Below, piece by piece: positions 39,783 to 50,571 of a DNA stretch of 64,000 nt. The notes below the pieces were generated by a model that worked only from the letters and a program-made list of their open reading frames with translations, ran no database searches and was not told where the DNA came from. This DNA is from an uncultured archaeon (GTDB taxonomy: Archaea > Asgardarchaeota > Hermodarchaeia > Hermodarchaeales > Hermodarchaeaceae), in NCBI GenBank assembly GCA_964347045.1, contig CAYFXC010000004.1:65650-129649 (forward strand), in the 5' to 3' direction. A program made the translations under genes and the position numbers. Positions within the stretch are counted from its first letter, which is position 1. Each line of letters starts with the position of its first letter.

Positions 39783-41429
39783 TTATTCTTGCCGTATATA
39801 GGAGTGGGAAGCCCAAAGAAGTAGAATGAGTACAAGGCATATTGTATAGGGTGTGATAAGTAGCGAGCCGAACAGCATAAGTGTAACGCCACCAGGTAAG
39901 AATCCAAGTTGAAAAAGTAATACCGGAATAATCGCTACCCAAGAAATGAAGGGAAAGGTGATTACGAGAGCAAGAGGTTTTTCATTTTTTGCACGTGAGG
40001 CTACGGGATATCGGCTTCCTAATCCGACGCCAATGGCCGTTGCAATGAGAATTGCATGTGGGAGAATAGCAAGGGCAACAGGAAGTACGTGTAGACTCCC
40101 TAAGATTGCAGCGAAGTAAAGAGCAAAGGAAGTAGCCAAACAAAGCGGAGTTACGAGAAATTGAAGATACTTAATAAAGGTGAGACGAAAAGGTGCTACC
40201 GGTGCTAAGCGAAGTAGGTAAATTGTGTTGTATTCACCTTGAAAGGGATCAGAGGAAGATATCGCAAGGAGGGGAACTATCACCACAAGAATAATGGCAT
40301 AAATCATCTCAGGGAAAGAGGTAAACTCGGGCGGAACTGGAATTGTGAATCCAAAGAGAGGAATCAGACTAACAAAGACTAACGAAAAGACAAAATTCCC
40401 AACAATTCCAATAAGATAGAAGGTTTTTCCCTGTTTGCGTAAACCTGTTATGAAATCTTTCTTAAAGAGAGCTCGAATCGGAGTCTTAGCTGCTGAGAAG
40501 CTAATTGGAAGTTGACTAAGAGCACCACGTGGCTTACCTTTACTTCGTGCAATATCTGCAATTTCTTCATAGAGGTCAACTGTAGTCTTATCTGTTAGCC
40601 ATCGTGTGAGAAACAAAATAGCAGCTAGGGCTAGAATCAGGCCTAATATCACCCATGGGATTGCAGGATAATAGAGATATGTAAAACTACCTTCTGAGCC
40701 TGGTAAGGTTCCGCTGAAAAGAATGGATACCAACATATATGCAAGACAATAGATCGGCGAGGGAACGAGTCCACCGTTTACTAGCCAAACAGGGCTTAGA
40801 AGCAAAACAGTGCCAATTGTCAAAGCAACGAAAAATATTATTTGATATATTCGGTGTTGATGACGTGGCTGAGAAACGAATTTTCGTAGCGAATAAAGTC
40901 CGTGTGTCGCAACCGAGCCGATTTCGGCGAGAAGGAACGTTATGAAAACAAAGAGAACAAACATTCCCAATGTTAAACCAAAATTCATTCCAAAATACCA
41001 CAAGATTGGCTGAAAAGCCAGTATTATGTAGAAGAATAACATAAAACGACGTGGGATTGACCGGAGATACTTTGCAGTATAGAAAACATGTCCTTGCATT
41101 GGCACGGGAAATAAGTAATCTACATCAGCTTGTTCCGATAGAGATTCGAGCGGAACACTAAAGATAGCTTTAACAATTTGTTGCGCAATAATGAGGGATA
41201 GAATCGCATAGACAATCCAAACCGTATTGGTGCCAATTAGCTCGCTGTTGATAATTAACCAATACAAGGAACCTCGAAGAGAAACAGGTAATAAAAATAA
41301 GAAGACCCAAAGCAGCCAGATAATGAGAACGATAATAGTTAGAGAGAGGATTTGTACCGAAATGAAAAAGGGTTGACGTAGCGATTTACGTAGATGGTTC
41401 CATGTTCGTCGATATTCCCATCGAGTCAC
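39783..41429 (-). CDS. ABC-2-type exporter permease (two-domain)
   Basis: About 12 TM segments, DVDYLFPVP and YLLRLAPV motifs, directly downstream of an ABC ATPase. Confidence 0.75.
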   Translation of the reverse strand: MTRWEYRRTWNHLRKSLRQPFFISVQILSLTIIVLIIWLLWVFLFLLPVSLRGSLYWLIINSELIGTNTVWIVYAILSLIIAQQIVKAIFSVPLESLSEQADVDYLFPVPMQGHVFYTAKYLRSIPRRFMLFFYIILAFQPILWYFGMNFGLTLGMFVLFVFITFLLAEIGSVATHGLYSLRKFVSQPRHQHRIYQIIFFVALTIGTVLLLSPVWLVNGGLVPSPIYCLAYMLVSILFSGTLPGSEGSFTYLYYPAIPWVILGLILALAAILFLTRWLTDKTTVDLYEEIADIARSKGKPRGALSQLPISFSAAKTPIRALFKKDFITGLRKQGKTFYLIGIVGNFVFSLVFVSLIPLFGFTIPVPPEFTSFPEMIYAIILVVIVPLLAISSSDPFQGEYNTIYLLRLAPVAPFRLTFIKYLQFLVTPLCLATSFALYFAAILGSLHVLPVALAILPHAILIATAIGVGLGSRYPVASRAKNEKPLALVITFPFISWVAIIPVLLFQLGFLPGGVTLMLFGSLLITPYTICLVLILLLWASHSYIRQE

Positions 41430-41458
41430 TGTAGCGGTATCAACCGTTTGCAGAACCC

Positions 41459-42223
41459 TTATCTCCCCCGTAAAGTCCTAATATAATAGTCCTCTAAAGC
41501 TGCCCCGCCACCAACTTCTCTGCGTAATTTATTAACGGTTCCCGAGGCGACCTTAACCCCTTCGGAGAGAATAGTAAATTCATCACTCACTTCTTCAGCC
41601 ACACTAAGAATGTGTGTAGAAAGTAATACTGTACTTCCTTTTTGAGCTAGTTCGCGAATTACTTGTTTTAGGACATACCCTCCTTCTGGATCTAGACCAT
41701 AGAGTGGTTCATCCATCAATAAGACTTTGGGGTTTCTGATCAGCAATCCGCTCAAAAGAGTTCGTTGTAACATCCCACGAGAGAGTTCACCAAGATATTT
41801 CTTCAAGAATCCTCCTATTTCAAAGCGGTTGATATATTCCAATCGACGCTGTTTGAATTCTTCTTCTGGAATCCTGTATAGACTCCCTATAAAAGAGAGA
41901 AATTCATTGACAGTGAGAGATTCATAAGCTGCGGGAGTATCAGGAAGAAAACCAAGATTGGTTTTTGCTTGCCAAGATTCTCGAAGCATATCATAGCCCA
42001 TGATGAAAATGCTTCCTCGCGTTGGACGACTGAGACCTGCAATTAGACGAAGTGTTGTGGTTTTACCAGCACCATTGGGACCAACAAGAGCATGGACCAC
42101 ACCTTGCCGAATTTTTAGATTTAACCTGTTGACGGCCAATACACCAGGCGGGAAAATTTTACTAAGACGAAAGGTTTCCAATGCGGGTTTTTGTTCATAT
42201 GAAAGGTCGGTCTTATTCGACAT
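41459..42223 (-). CDS. ABC transporter ATP-binding protein
   Basis: GPNGAGKTT, LSRGM, LLMDEP, STH. Confidence 0.95.
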   Translation of the reverse strand: MSNKTDLSYEQKPALETFRLSKIFPPGVLAVNRLNLKIRQGVVHALVGPNGAGKTTTLRLIAGLSRPTRGSIFIMGYDMLRESWQAKTNLGFLPDTPAAYESLTVNEFLSFIGSLYRIPEEEFKQRRLEYINRFEIGGFLKKYLGELSRGMLQRTLLSGLLIRNPKVLLMDEPLYGLDPEGGYVLKQVIRELAQKGSTVLLSTHILSVAEEVSDEFTILSEGVKVASGTVNKLRREVGGGAALEDYYIRTLRGR

Positions 42224-42269
42224 TCACATGACCTCATATTTTTATGCAAGTATTTTTCTAAATCTCAAG

Positions 42270-42725
42270 TTATGGCAAAATCCACTGAGCAGGAAGTGGA
42301 ATAAAAACAATTACAACGATAATAATCAACACCGCGCTGATAGTGAGTACAGCTCTGACAATTGGTGTTATGCTTTTGTAACCTGATTTGAGTGCAAGAG
42401 AGAATAATGCGGCTGCAATTAAGAATCCACCAAGTCCACGAAACACAATATAAATTGGAGCTAGTATCCAAGTAAGAGTAACTAAGAATGTTAAAAGAGC
42501 TAGGATAAATGTGGCAAGCGTTACGAAGAACAGCCCTACAATCAGGAACCGATGCTCAGAGAATGATTTGAGTTCACCAAATTCTTGAAGAGCATATTGT
42601 TTTTCAATAAGTGTAATCAATTCGGCACGACTCATCGGTTCTGTAATCAAGACTCCTACCTTTTCTGCTTCTTTTTCAAGCCCCTTACGGTCCAATGTCA
42701 GTAACCTATCACGTATATCTGTCAA
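42270..42725 (-). CDS. Membrane protein with N-terminal Rho_N/HeH-like helical motif
   Basis: LLTLDRKGLEKEAEKVGV...MSRAELITLI followed by 3 TM helices. Confidence 0.6.
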   Translation of the reverse strand: MTDIRDRLLTLDRKGLEKEAEKVGVLITEPMSRAELITLIEKQYALQEFGELKSFSEHRFLIVGLFFVTLATFILALLTFLVTLTWILAPIYIVFRGLGGFLIAAALFSLALKSGYKSITPIVRAVLTISAVLIIIVVIVFIPLPAQWILP

Positions 42726-42842
42726 ATTCCTACCTCCTCACCAAAGTAATTACATGAACAATTACCAATCAGCTTGAGAATAATAGCAATTTGCGTTCTA
42801 ATATCCTATTATAGATTTGTATCTTGGTAAAAATCTGTTGAA

Positions 42843-43133
42843 TTAAAAGTCGAATAAAATGTAATTTGGAATTTCATCAACTTCAGGTGAGTAACTCGGT
42901 TTGATTGGATGAGATGTTGTCGTGGCGAGAAGATACAAACCGAAGAAAAAGAGAATAACAAAGATTCCAGAAGAGATGAAAAAGAAGATGGTTTTGAAAA
43001 AGTCTGAACCAAGAATTGGGTACCACTCAGGCCAGAAAGGCGATGTCCAGCCAATTGCGAATATTATTACAGATATGGAAAGAAGAAGCGATGCAAGAAT
43101 CCAACGACCGCGATTTGTTAATTTGAGTTCCAT
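42843..43133 (-). CDS. Small two-TM hypothetical protein
   Basis: Two hydrophobic helices; start moved to ATG 43133. Confidence 0.5.
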   Translation of the reverse strand: MELKLTNRGRWILASLLLSISVIIFAIGWTSPFWPEWYPILGSDFFKTIFFFISSGIFVILFFFGLYLLATTTSHPIKPSYSPEVDEIPNYILFDF

Positions 43134-43207
43134 TTTCAGTACCACAAAAACATTGAGAAATTTGATAATGCTGTCTGTTTTCCAATATTTTGCCTTAACT
43201 CTTTCTC

Positions 43208-46036
43208 TCAACTACTAACGGTTGATTGCTCAGTTGAATGGCGAGCTCTGTATCGGATACCAAATTTAAAGATTTCAACAACGACAAAGACAGAGAGTGA
43301 GAGGAAAATGATAAGAAGCCAATCTTGAAGTAGAAGTGGGACAGTTCGAAAGACAACTTGGAGGGGTGGGAAATAGACGATAACTAGTTGGAGGAGAATT
43401 GAGATTCCGACTGCTAGTAAGAGATACTTGTTCTTGAAAAAGCCAACTTGAAAGACCGAAAGGTGTCCTGAACGTGAATTAAAGGCATGAACCATTTGTG
43501 TCATCACTAGAAGTGTTAATGCTAGTGTACCTGCACGATAAACAGCTTCACCAGGAGAAAGGCCAAGTCCTATTGTCAAGTTAATCATTGAAACTGAATA
43601 AATTCCAAGGGTCACGAACGCTATTGTAATCCCCACAATCCAGATTAGAATCCAAACCTGTCTTGTTATGACTCCTTCGCGGGGATCTCTGGGTCCTCGT
43701 TTCATAACGTCTGGTTCCATTGGATCCATTCCGAGAGCAAGCGCGGGTAATCCATCAGTAACGAGATTGATGAAAAGGATCTGAATAGCCAAGAGTGGGA
43801 GTGGCCATCCGAATAAGATGGAAAGGGTGATACTTGCAACGAATATAACAAGAATTTCACCTGCATTACATGAGAGTAGGTAGGAGATGAATTTCCTTGT
43901 GTTATCCCCAATCCCGCGTCCTTCCTCAATGGCATTTACAATTGATGCGTAATTATCATCAGTTAGAATCATATCAGAAGCTTCTTTGGCAACATCTGTA
44001 CCTGTGACACCCATTGCAATTCCAATGTCAGCGTATTTGAGGGCGGGGGCATCGTTAACGCCATCACCGGTCATGGCTGTAACATGTCCTTGAGTTTTTA
44101 ATGCTTGCACAATGCGTAGTTTATGTTCCGGTGATACTCGTGCATAGACACGAACTTGTGGGGCTGCATCCTTAAGATCCTCATCTGAAAGGGCGTCAAG
44201 AGCAATTCCAGTTAACACAGCATCATCTTCTTCAAACATACCAAGTTCATTAGCCACCGCAACGGCTGTATATTGATTGTCCCCAGTAATCATAACGGAC
44301 TTGATACCAGCCCCACGGGCGATTTTAATTGAGTCGTAGACTTCTGGGCGAGGTGGATCCATCATTCCGACTAAACCGACAAACACCAAGTTGTTTTCCA
44401 CCCCTTCTGGAGATATATCACAGAGATCTTCGGGGCAAATTCGATATGCCATACCAAGAACACGTAATGCTTTATTTGCCATTTTATCATTATTGCTGAG
44501 GATTTCAGCGCGTTGGTCCTTAGAAAGAGGTTGAATGCCCCTTCTTGTGAAGATATGAGTACTTTCCGCGAGAACAACTTCAGGAGCACCTTTAATATAG
44601 GCAATGGTTTCGTTTTCAGGAGTATCATGAAGTGTGGACATCCTTTTGCGGTCTGGGTCAAATGGGAGTTCAGCTATGCGAGGATACTCTTTGAAGAGTT
44701 CGTCGGTGTAGCCGGCTTTCATCGCAGCAACGACCAAGGCACCCTCTGTAGGATCACCAATTACTTCCCAAACACCATTGTGTTGTCGAACCGTTGCATT
44801 ACTACAGAGTTTACCGATTCTCAACAACAAAGAGAGTTGTTCATTTTCTAGTGGAGTGATTTTCTGGTGATCAGCAAAAAAATTCCCACGTGGTGAATAC
44901 CCAGCTCCAGAAACCTCAACGGAATAACCGGGTACATAGATTTCTCGAACGGTCATTTCATCCTTTGTTAGAGTTCCAGTCTTATCTGAACAAATTATAT
45001 CAGCAGAGCCAAGAGTTTCTACAGCCGGAAGGCGTCGAATAATGGCATTTCGCCTCACCATTCGTTGAACACCTAATGCTAATGTGATTGTAACAACAGC
45101 GGGTAACCCTTCAGGAATTGCAGCCACAGCTAATGCGACGGCGATAACAAATAGGTCAAGAAATGTGGAAAAACTAAGTATAGTCATAAACCAAGCTACG
45201 ATAACCTGAACTGTGAGTACAATCATGCAGATTATTAAGATGGCAATTCCGAGTTGTCGACCTAATTGCCGCATTCGCTTCTGCTGCGGGGTTTCCTTTT
45301 CTCCCACCTCTGAAATGAATCCAGCGATACGACCAATTTCGGTAGTCATCCCAGTTTCAGTTACAACAGCAAAGCCACGACCCGACGTAATAGCAGTCCC
45401 TGCATGCACCATGTTGGCTTGATCAGCTAATGGAATATTTCGGTCTAGGATTGTCTCAGCTTCCTTTTTCACAGGCATTGATTCACCTGTCAACGAAGCT
45501 TCATCGGTGTAAATGTTATGTGACTCAATTAAACGAGCATCAGCTGGTAGTCGATCACCCATCTCTAACCGCAGAATTTCACCTGGTACAACTTCAATGG
45601 CAGGAATGTCAACAGGTTCTCCATCTCGTAAGACATGAGCCTGAGGAGCTGCCATTTGCTGAAGAGCCTCAATTGATTTCTCTGCCCTATATTCTTGGGT
45701 AAATCCAAGGATAGCGTTAATTATTACAATAATCATGATAACGATCGCGTCAATGGGAGGCTCAAAAAGTCCGGTTATCATACCAGCGTAAACATTGACC
45801 AAAAATGAGATTATTGCAGCAAAAATAAGAATGATCACTAATGCTTCCTTGAACTGTGAAAGAAACATAGAAAGAGCATTGGGCCCCTTGGCTTCTTCAA
45901 GAGTGTTGGGACCGTATTCAGCTAATCGTCGTTGTGCCTCGTTTTTACTAAGCCCCTCTATTGTTACCTGCAATTGCTTCATGACTGTAGCTGCGTCCTG
46001 AGTGTGTGGTAGAGGCTTTTCAGTCGTCAAGGACAC
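43208..46036 (-). CDS. P-type ATPase, P2A Ca2+-transporting (SERCA/PMR1-like)
   Basis: LTGES, AIPEGLP, DKTGTLT, KGAPE, MITGD, TGDGVND, SCNAGE, NLVTDGLPA. Confidence 0.95.
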   Translation of the reverse strand: MSLTTEKPLPHTQDAATVMKQLQVTIEGLSKNEAQRRLAEYGPNTLEEAKGPNALSMFLSQFKEALVIILIFAAIISFLVNVYAGMITGLFEPPIDAIVIMIIVIINAILGFTQEYRAEKSIEALQQMAAPQAHVLRDGEPVDIPAIEVVPGEILRLEMGDRLPADARLIESHNIYTDEASLTGESMPVKKEAETILDRNIPLADQANMVHAGTAITSGRGFAVVTETGMTTEIGRIAGFISEVGEKETPQQKRMRQLGRQLGIAILIICMIVLTVQVIVAWFMTILSFSTFLDLFVIAVALAVAAIPEGLPAVVTITLALGVQRMVRRNAIIRRLPAVETLGSADIICSDKTGTLTKDEMTVREIYVPGYSVEVSGAGYSPRGNFFADHQKITPLENEQLSLLLRIGKLCSNATVRQHNGVWEVIGDPTEGALVVAAMKAGYTDELFKEYPRIAELPFDPDRKRMSTLHDTPENETIAYIKGAPEVVLAESTHIFTRRGIQPLSKDQRAEILSNNDKMANKALRVLGMAYRICPEDLCDISPEGVENNLVFVGLVGMMDPPRPEVYDSIKIARGAGIKSVMITGDNQYTAVAVANELGMFEEDDAVLTGIALDALSDEDLKDAAPQVRVYARVSPEHKLRIVQALKTQGHVTAMTGDGVNDAPALKYADIGIAMGVTGTDVAKEASDMILTDDNYASIVNAIEEGRGIGDNTRKFISYLLSCNAGEILVIFVASITLSILFGWPLPLLAIQILFINLVTDGLPALALGMDPMEPDVMKRGPRDPREGVITRQVWILIWIVGITIAFVTLGIYSVSMINLTIGLGLSPGEAVYRAGTLALTLLVMTQMVHAFNSRSGHLSVFQVGFFKNKYLLLAVGISILLQLVIVYFPPLQVVFRTVPLLLQDWLLIIFLSLSVFVVVEIFKFGIRYRARHSTEQSTVSS

Positions 46037-46149
46037 ATCCGTCTATTCATATAATAGCTCAAATACAAGTGTTTCTCAACGTTGCATTCAGCGCGTCTCG
46101 TTTATTTAACATTGTGTATCTTTATAGTGAACCAACTAGCTCTGCGCGT

Positions 46150-46803
46150 TCATTTGCTTGCTTTTTCACTTTTCAATTCTTTTGGGAAGAGGATTTTTGC
46201 AATGTCGTTTCTGTATTTAACCTCAACCTGAGATAGCAATGTTTCAATTCTGTAATCCACTGTGATGTTGCCATCTTTATTCTGAACCATAACACCACCG
46301 ATCATGTTTACCACCTGTTTTCCAACAGAAATCTTGGAACTTTGGCCAGCCTCCTTAGAGATTGCAGTGCCAAGACCTGTGAACTTAGATATGATTGGTA
46401 AATCTTCTTTTCGAGCGAGGACAATCAAATCTCCACCACCAATCTGAACTCCCGCACTAATTATGAGGTTCTTCAGAAAGGTTTTGTATTTAGCAGTTCC
46501 CTGTTCCTTTTCAAATTGCTTCTGCGCTTGTACAAAAGCTGAATCAATCATATTCGCTTTGGCAGTCATGATTCGCATATGCGCATCGTTTCGAGCCTTC
46601 CCAATGATTCGATCACCCGAACCTTGTGCCATTTGTTTCCGGCGTTCCGCCCAACCGACTAAATTCGCGTGGGCATTTTCTTGAGAGTCTTCGATAAGTT
46701 GTTTTGCAGTAATTTCTGCATCTTTGACGATGCGTTTAGCTTCCGACTTTGCATCATTGATAATCGTTTGCTGAATTTGTGCGGACGGTGAGGAATTGCT
46801 CAT
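46150..46803 (-). CDS. atpE: A1AO ATP synthase subunit E
   Basis: N-terminal coiled coil (IINDAKSEAKRI), C-terminal IGGVMVQNKDGNITVDYRIE...IAKILF. Confidence 0.88.
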   Translation of the reverse strand: MSNSSPSAQIQQTIINDAKSEAKRIVKDAEITAKQLIEDSQENAHANLVGWAERRKQMAQGSGDRIIGKARNDAHMRIMTAKANMIDSAFVQAQKQFEKEQGTAKYKTFLKNLIISAGVQIGGGDLIVLARKEDLPIISKFTGLGTAISKEAGQSSKISVGKQVVNMIGGVMVQNKDGNITVDYRIETLLSQVEVKYRNDIAKILFPKELKSEKASK

Positions 46804-47135
46804 TTGCTGGCACCTCCAAAAGCATAGACCGCAGAAATTATCAAGTCAATGGTCTTCTTCATGTTCTTCTTCCCCTGTTCTTGAAGAGAGACAACCTCTT
46901 GGTCCGCTGCAGAAAGAATTGCTTTGGATTGCGTTTGTGCTTTCTTCTCTACGCCCTTCTTTTGAACTTCAATTTTCTCAGCTAGCTCACGCCGCACAAT
47001 TTGTTCTATTTCACGCGCCTGTCTTTCAGCATCACGCTGAATTTGCTCAGCTTTTGCTTGGGCTTCTTCGATAATTTTTGTCGCTTGAGCCTCAGCTTTT
47101 TGGATACCAGATATGACCTCGCTCAACGTCAACAC
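46800..47135 (-). CDS. atpH: A1AO ATP synthase peripheral stalk subunit H/G
   Basis: IQKAEAQATKIIEEAQAKAEQI coiled coil; overlaps atpE start. Confidence 0.8.
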   Translation of the reverse strand: MLTLSEVISGIQKAEAQATKIIEEAQAKAEQIQRDAERQAREIEQIVRRELAEKIEVQKKGVEKKAQTQSKAILSAADQEVVSLQEQGKKNMKKTIDLIISAVYAFGGASK

Positions 47136-47522
47136 CGAAATGATTCAATACTATTTCAATTGATTATCGTCTTTCAACGATGACCTTGCCTAATAAAACT
47201 TTACGCTATACAGACTTATCCTATTTAGTTGAGCGAATGTCGAAACAGAATGACCGTTCTAGCCCTAAGCGCTTCAGGTTTTCATAGTGCCTACCCAAGC
47301 CGATTTCTAGGAGCGCTCATGGGAAAGGGGATGCTTCGGTAATTCCCTGCCCACCTCGCGCGAAATGCTGTTCGAATTTTAATCAATTTATGGTGCCTTA
47401 CTTTAGGAATCACGCTATTCCTCGTATTCTAAACAATTTTTCTTTAGTCAGATAGATTGCTTCATAAGGTAGCACCACAACCCTACGATAAGCATAATGG
47501 TCACAGGAGGGTTTCATTACTG

Positions 47523-48311
47523 ATGAACGCTCAGGATCAGGATAAGCGCATTCGTGCTGCTCAACAAATTATAGATGCGGCACAAACCAAGCATGTGCTG
47601 CTCCGTTTAATAGGCGGGCTTGCCATCCGTCGCCATTGTGAATTTATCGATTTTTGTGAACGCGATTATGCTGATATTGATTTAGTGGGGCTCCGGAGGC
47701 AAAGCGCTCAAATCTTAGAAGTAATGGAGAACCTGGGGTACAAAGAAGATTCCCAGATTGCCTTAGCCACTGCTGGAGAACGCATGCTATTCCGTAAACC
47801 CGGGTCCTCCGACCACGTTGATGTCTTCTTAGACACCTTCCGAATGGAACACACCATTGATTTGCGGAAGCGATTAACAATTGAAGCCTATACCATTTCT
47901 GTAAGTGATCTGTTGCTGATCAAACTCCAGATTTATCAACTTAACGAAAAAGACGTAAAGGACATCTTAACCATCATCAAAGATTTACCACTAGGGACTC
48001 ACGATGAGCCTGGCGTCATTAATGTGCAATATTTGGCAACCCTCTGCGCAAAAGACTGGGGCTTATACCATGATGTTACCACCAATATCGCGAAAACACT
48101 TCAGCAGATGAAAAATTACACTCTTTCTTCCACAGAACGCGAACAAATCCAACAACGCTTACTTGACATCAAAACCGCCATCGAACAGACACCAAAAAGT
48201 CTCCAATGGAAGCTCCGAAAACGTATTGGAACACGAAAAACCTGGCGAAGCCAAGTTGAAGATCAGACAACAACCCCTAAATTAGAAGACCCCTCTGATT
48301 CGCTTCCCTAA
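47523..48311 (+). CDS. Uncharacterised nucleotidyltransferase-fold-like protein (paralogue of 23732-24598)
   Basis: LRLIGGLA...RDYADIDL...HVDVFLD, KLQIYQLNEKDVKD, DWGLYHD; ATG 47523 after AGGAGG. Confidence 0.72.
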   Translation: MNAQDQDKRIRAAQQIIDAAQTKHVLLRLIGGLAIRRHCEFIDFCERDYADIDLVGLRRQSAQILEVMENLGYKEDSQIALATAGERMLFRKPGSSDHVDVFLDTFRMEHTIDLRKRLTIEAYTISVSDLLLIKLQIYQLNEKDVKDILTIIKDLPLGTHDEPGVINVQYLATLCAKDWGLYHDVTTNIAKTLQQMKNYTLSSTEREQIQQRLLDIKTAIEQTPKSLQWKLRKRIGTRKTWRSQVEDQTTTPKLEDPSDSLP

Positions 48312-48659
48312 GAACCACCATCGGATTTGGACCCAAAAAAAAGACCACTACTCTCATGAATCCTATATGGATTCAGTCGGTGTATATGAAAGCATTAATT
48401 AATTCGCCTATACGAGCCTCCAGCGATGATATAGGATAGATTTCAGAGTTTGCAAAGAGTAGTCTGAATTAGGCTAGTCCTAATCGGGATTCTTCTACTT
48501 CAAATACCAATAATCAATATTACTCTCACGAATACAACCCTTAACAAGAAAGTAGCTATTGCATCAGAACTCCCCTTACCCGATGTTATTCTCGAAACCT
48601 AAGTCATTTACGTTCTCAATGCCCCATATTCTAATCCCTTATTCAGGGTACCTAAATCT

Positions 48660-48927
48660 GATCCTGGTCTGAACAACTTTAGTTTGATGTCCTTGAGGTA
48701 TTTGTGATATTCGACAAAGAGTTCGTTGAGGGTGTTGATGGTCTTGTTGTTTTTGGGGGAGAGTGTTGCAAGTGTGAGTTGTGGATGATGTTAGTCGAGA
48801 TATCCGTAGAAGTATTTGAGAATATCTTTAATCTCGATGTTAGTGGCAGCGTTGTGGTTTCGGAGTTGGTAGCGAGTAAGTATTCGTCTATTAGCTGCTG
48901 ATTTGACCATTTCTCGTTTTTCGCCAT
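48660..48927 (-). pseudogene. Degraded ORF resembling the N-terminal (core-binding/SAM-like) domain of a tyrosine recombinase
   Basis: MAKNEKWSNQQLIDEYLL, then frameshift to NIEIKDILKYFYGYLD*HHPQLTLATL...NELFVEYHKYLKD. Confidence 0.4.
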
Positions 48928-49171
48928 CACGTTAGGGCTCTTTCCACAACTAAAATTTCTAACGTTATCGGTTTTCATGTGCATACCCGAAAAATACTCG
49001 GATACTCACCCAAATAAAACCTGCCTACACCTGATGTGCTGGCTTTAAAGTTCCAACAAGCCATATTATCATTTAAATTTCCTGAATTTGAATAATCTTC
49101 CGAAACCTTAAGAATGGGGAAAATTACTACTATCGAAACTCAACTAAGACTTATTCTCAACGGGTCTTTCG

Positions 49172-49408
49172 GTGACTGAAATGAGTGATGAACCCCCAAG
49201 CACGATGGGAAAGGCATTTCGATATACAACAATCGGGTGTGAAATTCTTATTTTTGCTATTGTGGGGTGGTTTGTTGGGCCTTATATTTTTGGGCAAAAT
49301 GGAGATATAATTGGCGCATTTATTGGAGCCCTAATTGGGACATTGATGATGTTTTGCACGCTCTTTTATCTTGCAGGGCTATTTGGAAGAAGAGCAACGA
49401 AGGAATAA
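49172..49408 (+). CDS. AtpZ/AtpI-like small two-TM protein upstream of ATP synthase subunit C
   Basis: IGCEILIFAIVGWFVG...GAFIGALIG resembles the ATPase_gene1 (AtpZ/AtpI) pattern; co-oriented with atpC. Confidence 0.6.
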   Translation: MTEMSDEPPSTMGKAFRYTTIGCEILIFAIVGWFVGPYIFGQNGDIIGAFIGALIGTLMMFCTLFYLAGLFGRRATKE

Positions 49409-49448
49409 GGAGACGGTTTATCATAGATAACAGGCGAGATGATACATA

Positions 49449-50498
49449 ATGTCGGTGGCGCGATATAGTTTCATAAATGCAAAAATTAGGTCCATGAAAG
49501 CTGATATTCTCACACCCGCACAGTGGGATGCCCTTATTGGTGCGCGAGATATGTTTGCAGCTCTCAGGATTCTAGATTCTACTAGCTACGCTCACCTCGT
49601 TCAAGATATGGGTGAAACAACCTCACCAATAGAAGTTGAACATGTTTTACAAAAAGACTTTAACAGAGTCCTTGTTGAAATTAAGAATGACATCCCCACA
49701 GCTAACCAGACGTTAATGACTTGGATTACAAGAAAATTCCAAAAAGAAGTTGTTAAGAGTATCCTTCGACTATTCACATCTCGCTCAGACCAAGCCACAG
49801 CGGAAAAATTACTCATTCCTTTAGAACCCTTTACATCTAATCGACTTATGGCGCTTTTAGAAGCCAAAGATCTTCGATCGATGGTTTCGGAATTTCCAGA
49901 ACAATTCTTTCAAAGTGAAATCCAAAAAATACTACCCCAATATGAGGAAACAGATAATCTCTTCATCCTTGAACACACACTTGATGCGTTAGTGATTCAA
50001 AACCTCTTCAAAGAAGTGCAACAACTTGAGGGACAAGATCGCGAAATCACTGCAAGACTTGTGGGAACCGAAATTGATCTCATGAACCTCATGATTACTC
50101 TTCGAACACATTCTCTAGGGTTTTCTTCAGCCGAAACGGAAAACCTACTAATCAATGCAGCTTATCGGCTACCTTTGGAATTATGCCATAGAGCCCTTAT
50201 GTCGAGAAACTTTGAAGAGCGTGTCCGAATACTTCAATCCAGCTATTACAAGGATCTGATTGCAAAAAGTTGGGAAGCATATGAACTTCAACAAAGTCTT
50301 GCAGTTTTTGAGCACAATGCTCATATTCAAATCCGAACAGATAGTGAAGAAGCCCTCATAGGGTACCCCTTCCATTTTGGCATTGTTCTTGGATTTTTAA
50401 ATTTGAAATGGTACGAGACACTCAACCTAAAAGCAGTCATGAATGGTAAAGCCGATCAACTCGATCCAAATATAATTCGACGAGCCCTTATCCTTTAG
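49449..50498 (+). CDS. atpC: A1AO ATP synthase subunit C
   Basis: YSFINAKIRSMK..L, EIDLMNL...LR, PFHFGIVLGFL..K..E..NL..V..GK. Confidence 0.9.
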   Translation: MSVARYSFINAKIRSMKADILTPAQWDALIGARDMFAALRILDSTSYAHLVQDMGETTSPIEVEHVLQKDFNRVLVEIKNDIPTANQTLMTWITRKFQKEVVKSILRLFTSRSDQATAEKLLIPLEPFTSNRLMALLEAKDLRSMVSEFPEQFFQSEIQKILPQYEETDNLFILEHTLDALVIQNLFKEVQQLEGQDREITARLVGTEIDLMNLMITLRTHSLGFSSAETENLLINAAYRLPLELCHRALMSRNFEERVRILQSSYYKDLIAKSWEAYELQQSLAVFEHNAHIQIRTDSEEALIGYPFHFGIVLGFLNLKWYETLNLKAVMNGKADQLDPNIIRRALIL

Positions 50499-50571
50499 CT
50501 TGGCGAAATTTGAAAATAAAAAGGTTCGATTACAGGAAACACTTAATGGACGAAACGGAAGGTGTTCAACT

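Noticed and set aside
47255-47380. Possible structured ncRNA (CCCTAAGCGCTTC pairing with GGAGCGCTCATGGG) upstream of atpH
   Set aside because: Only an imperfect stem by eye and no recognisable family motif; needs a covariance search
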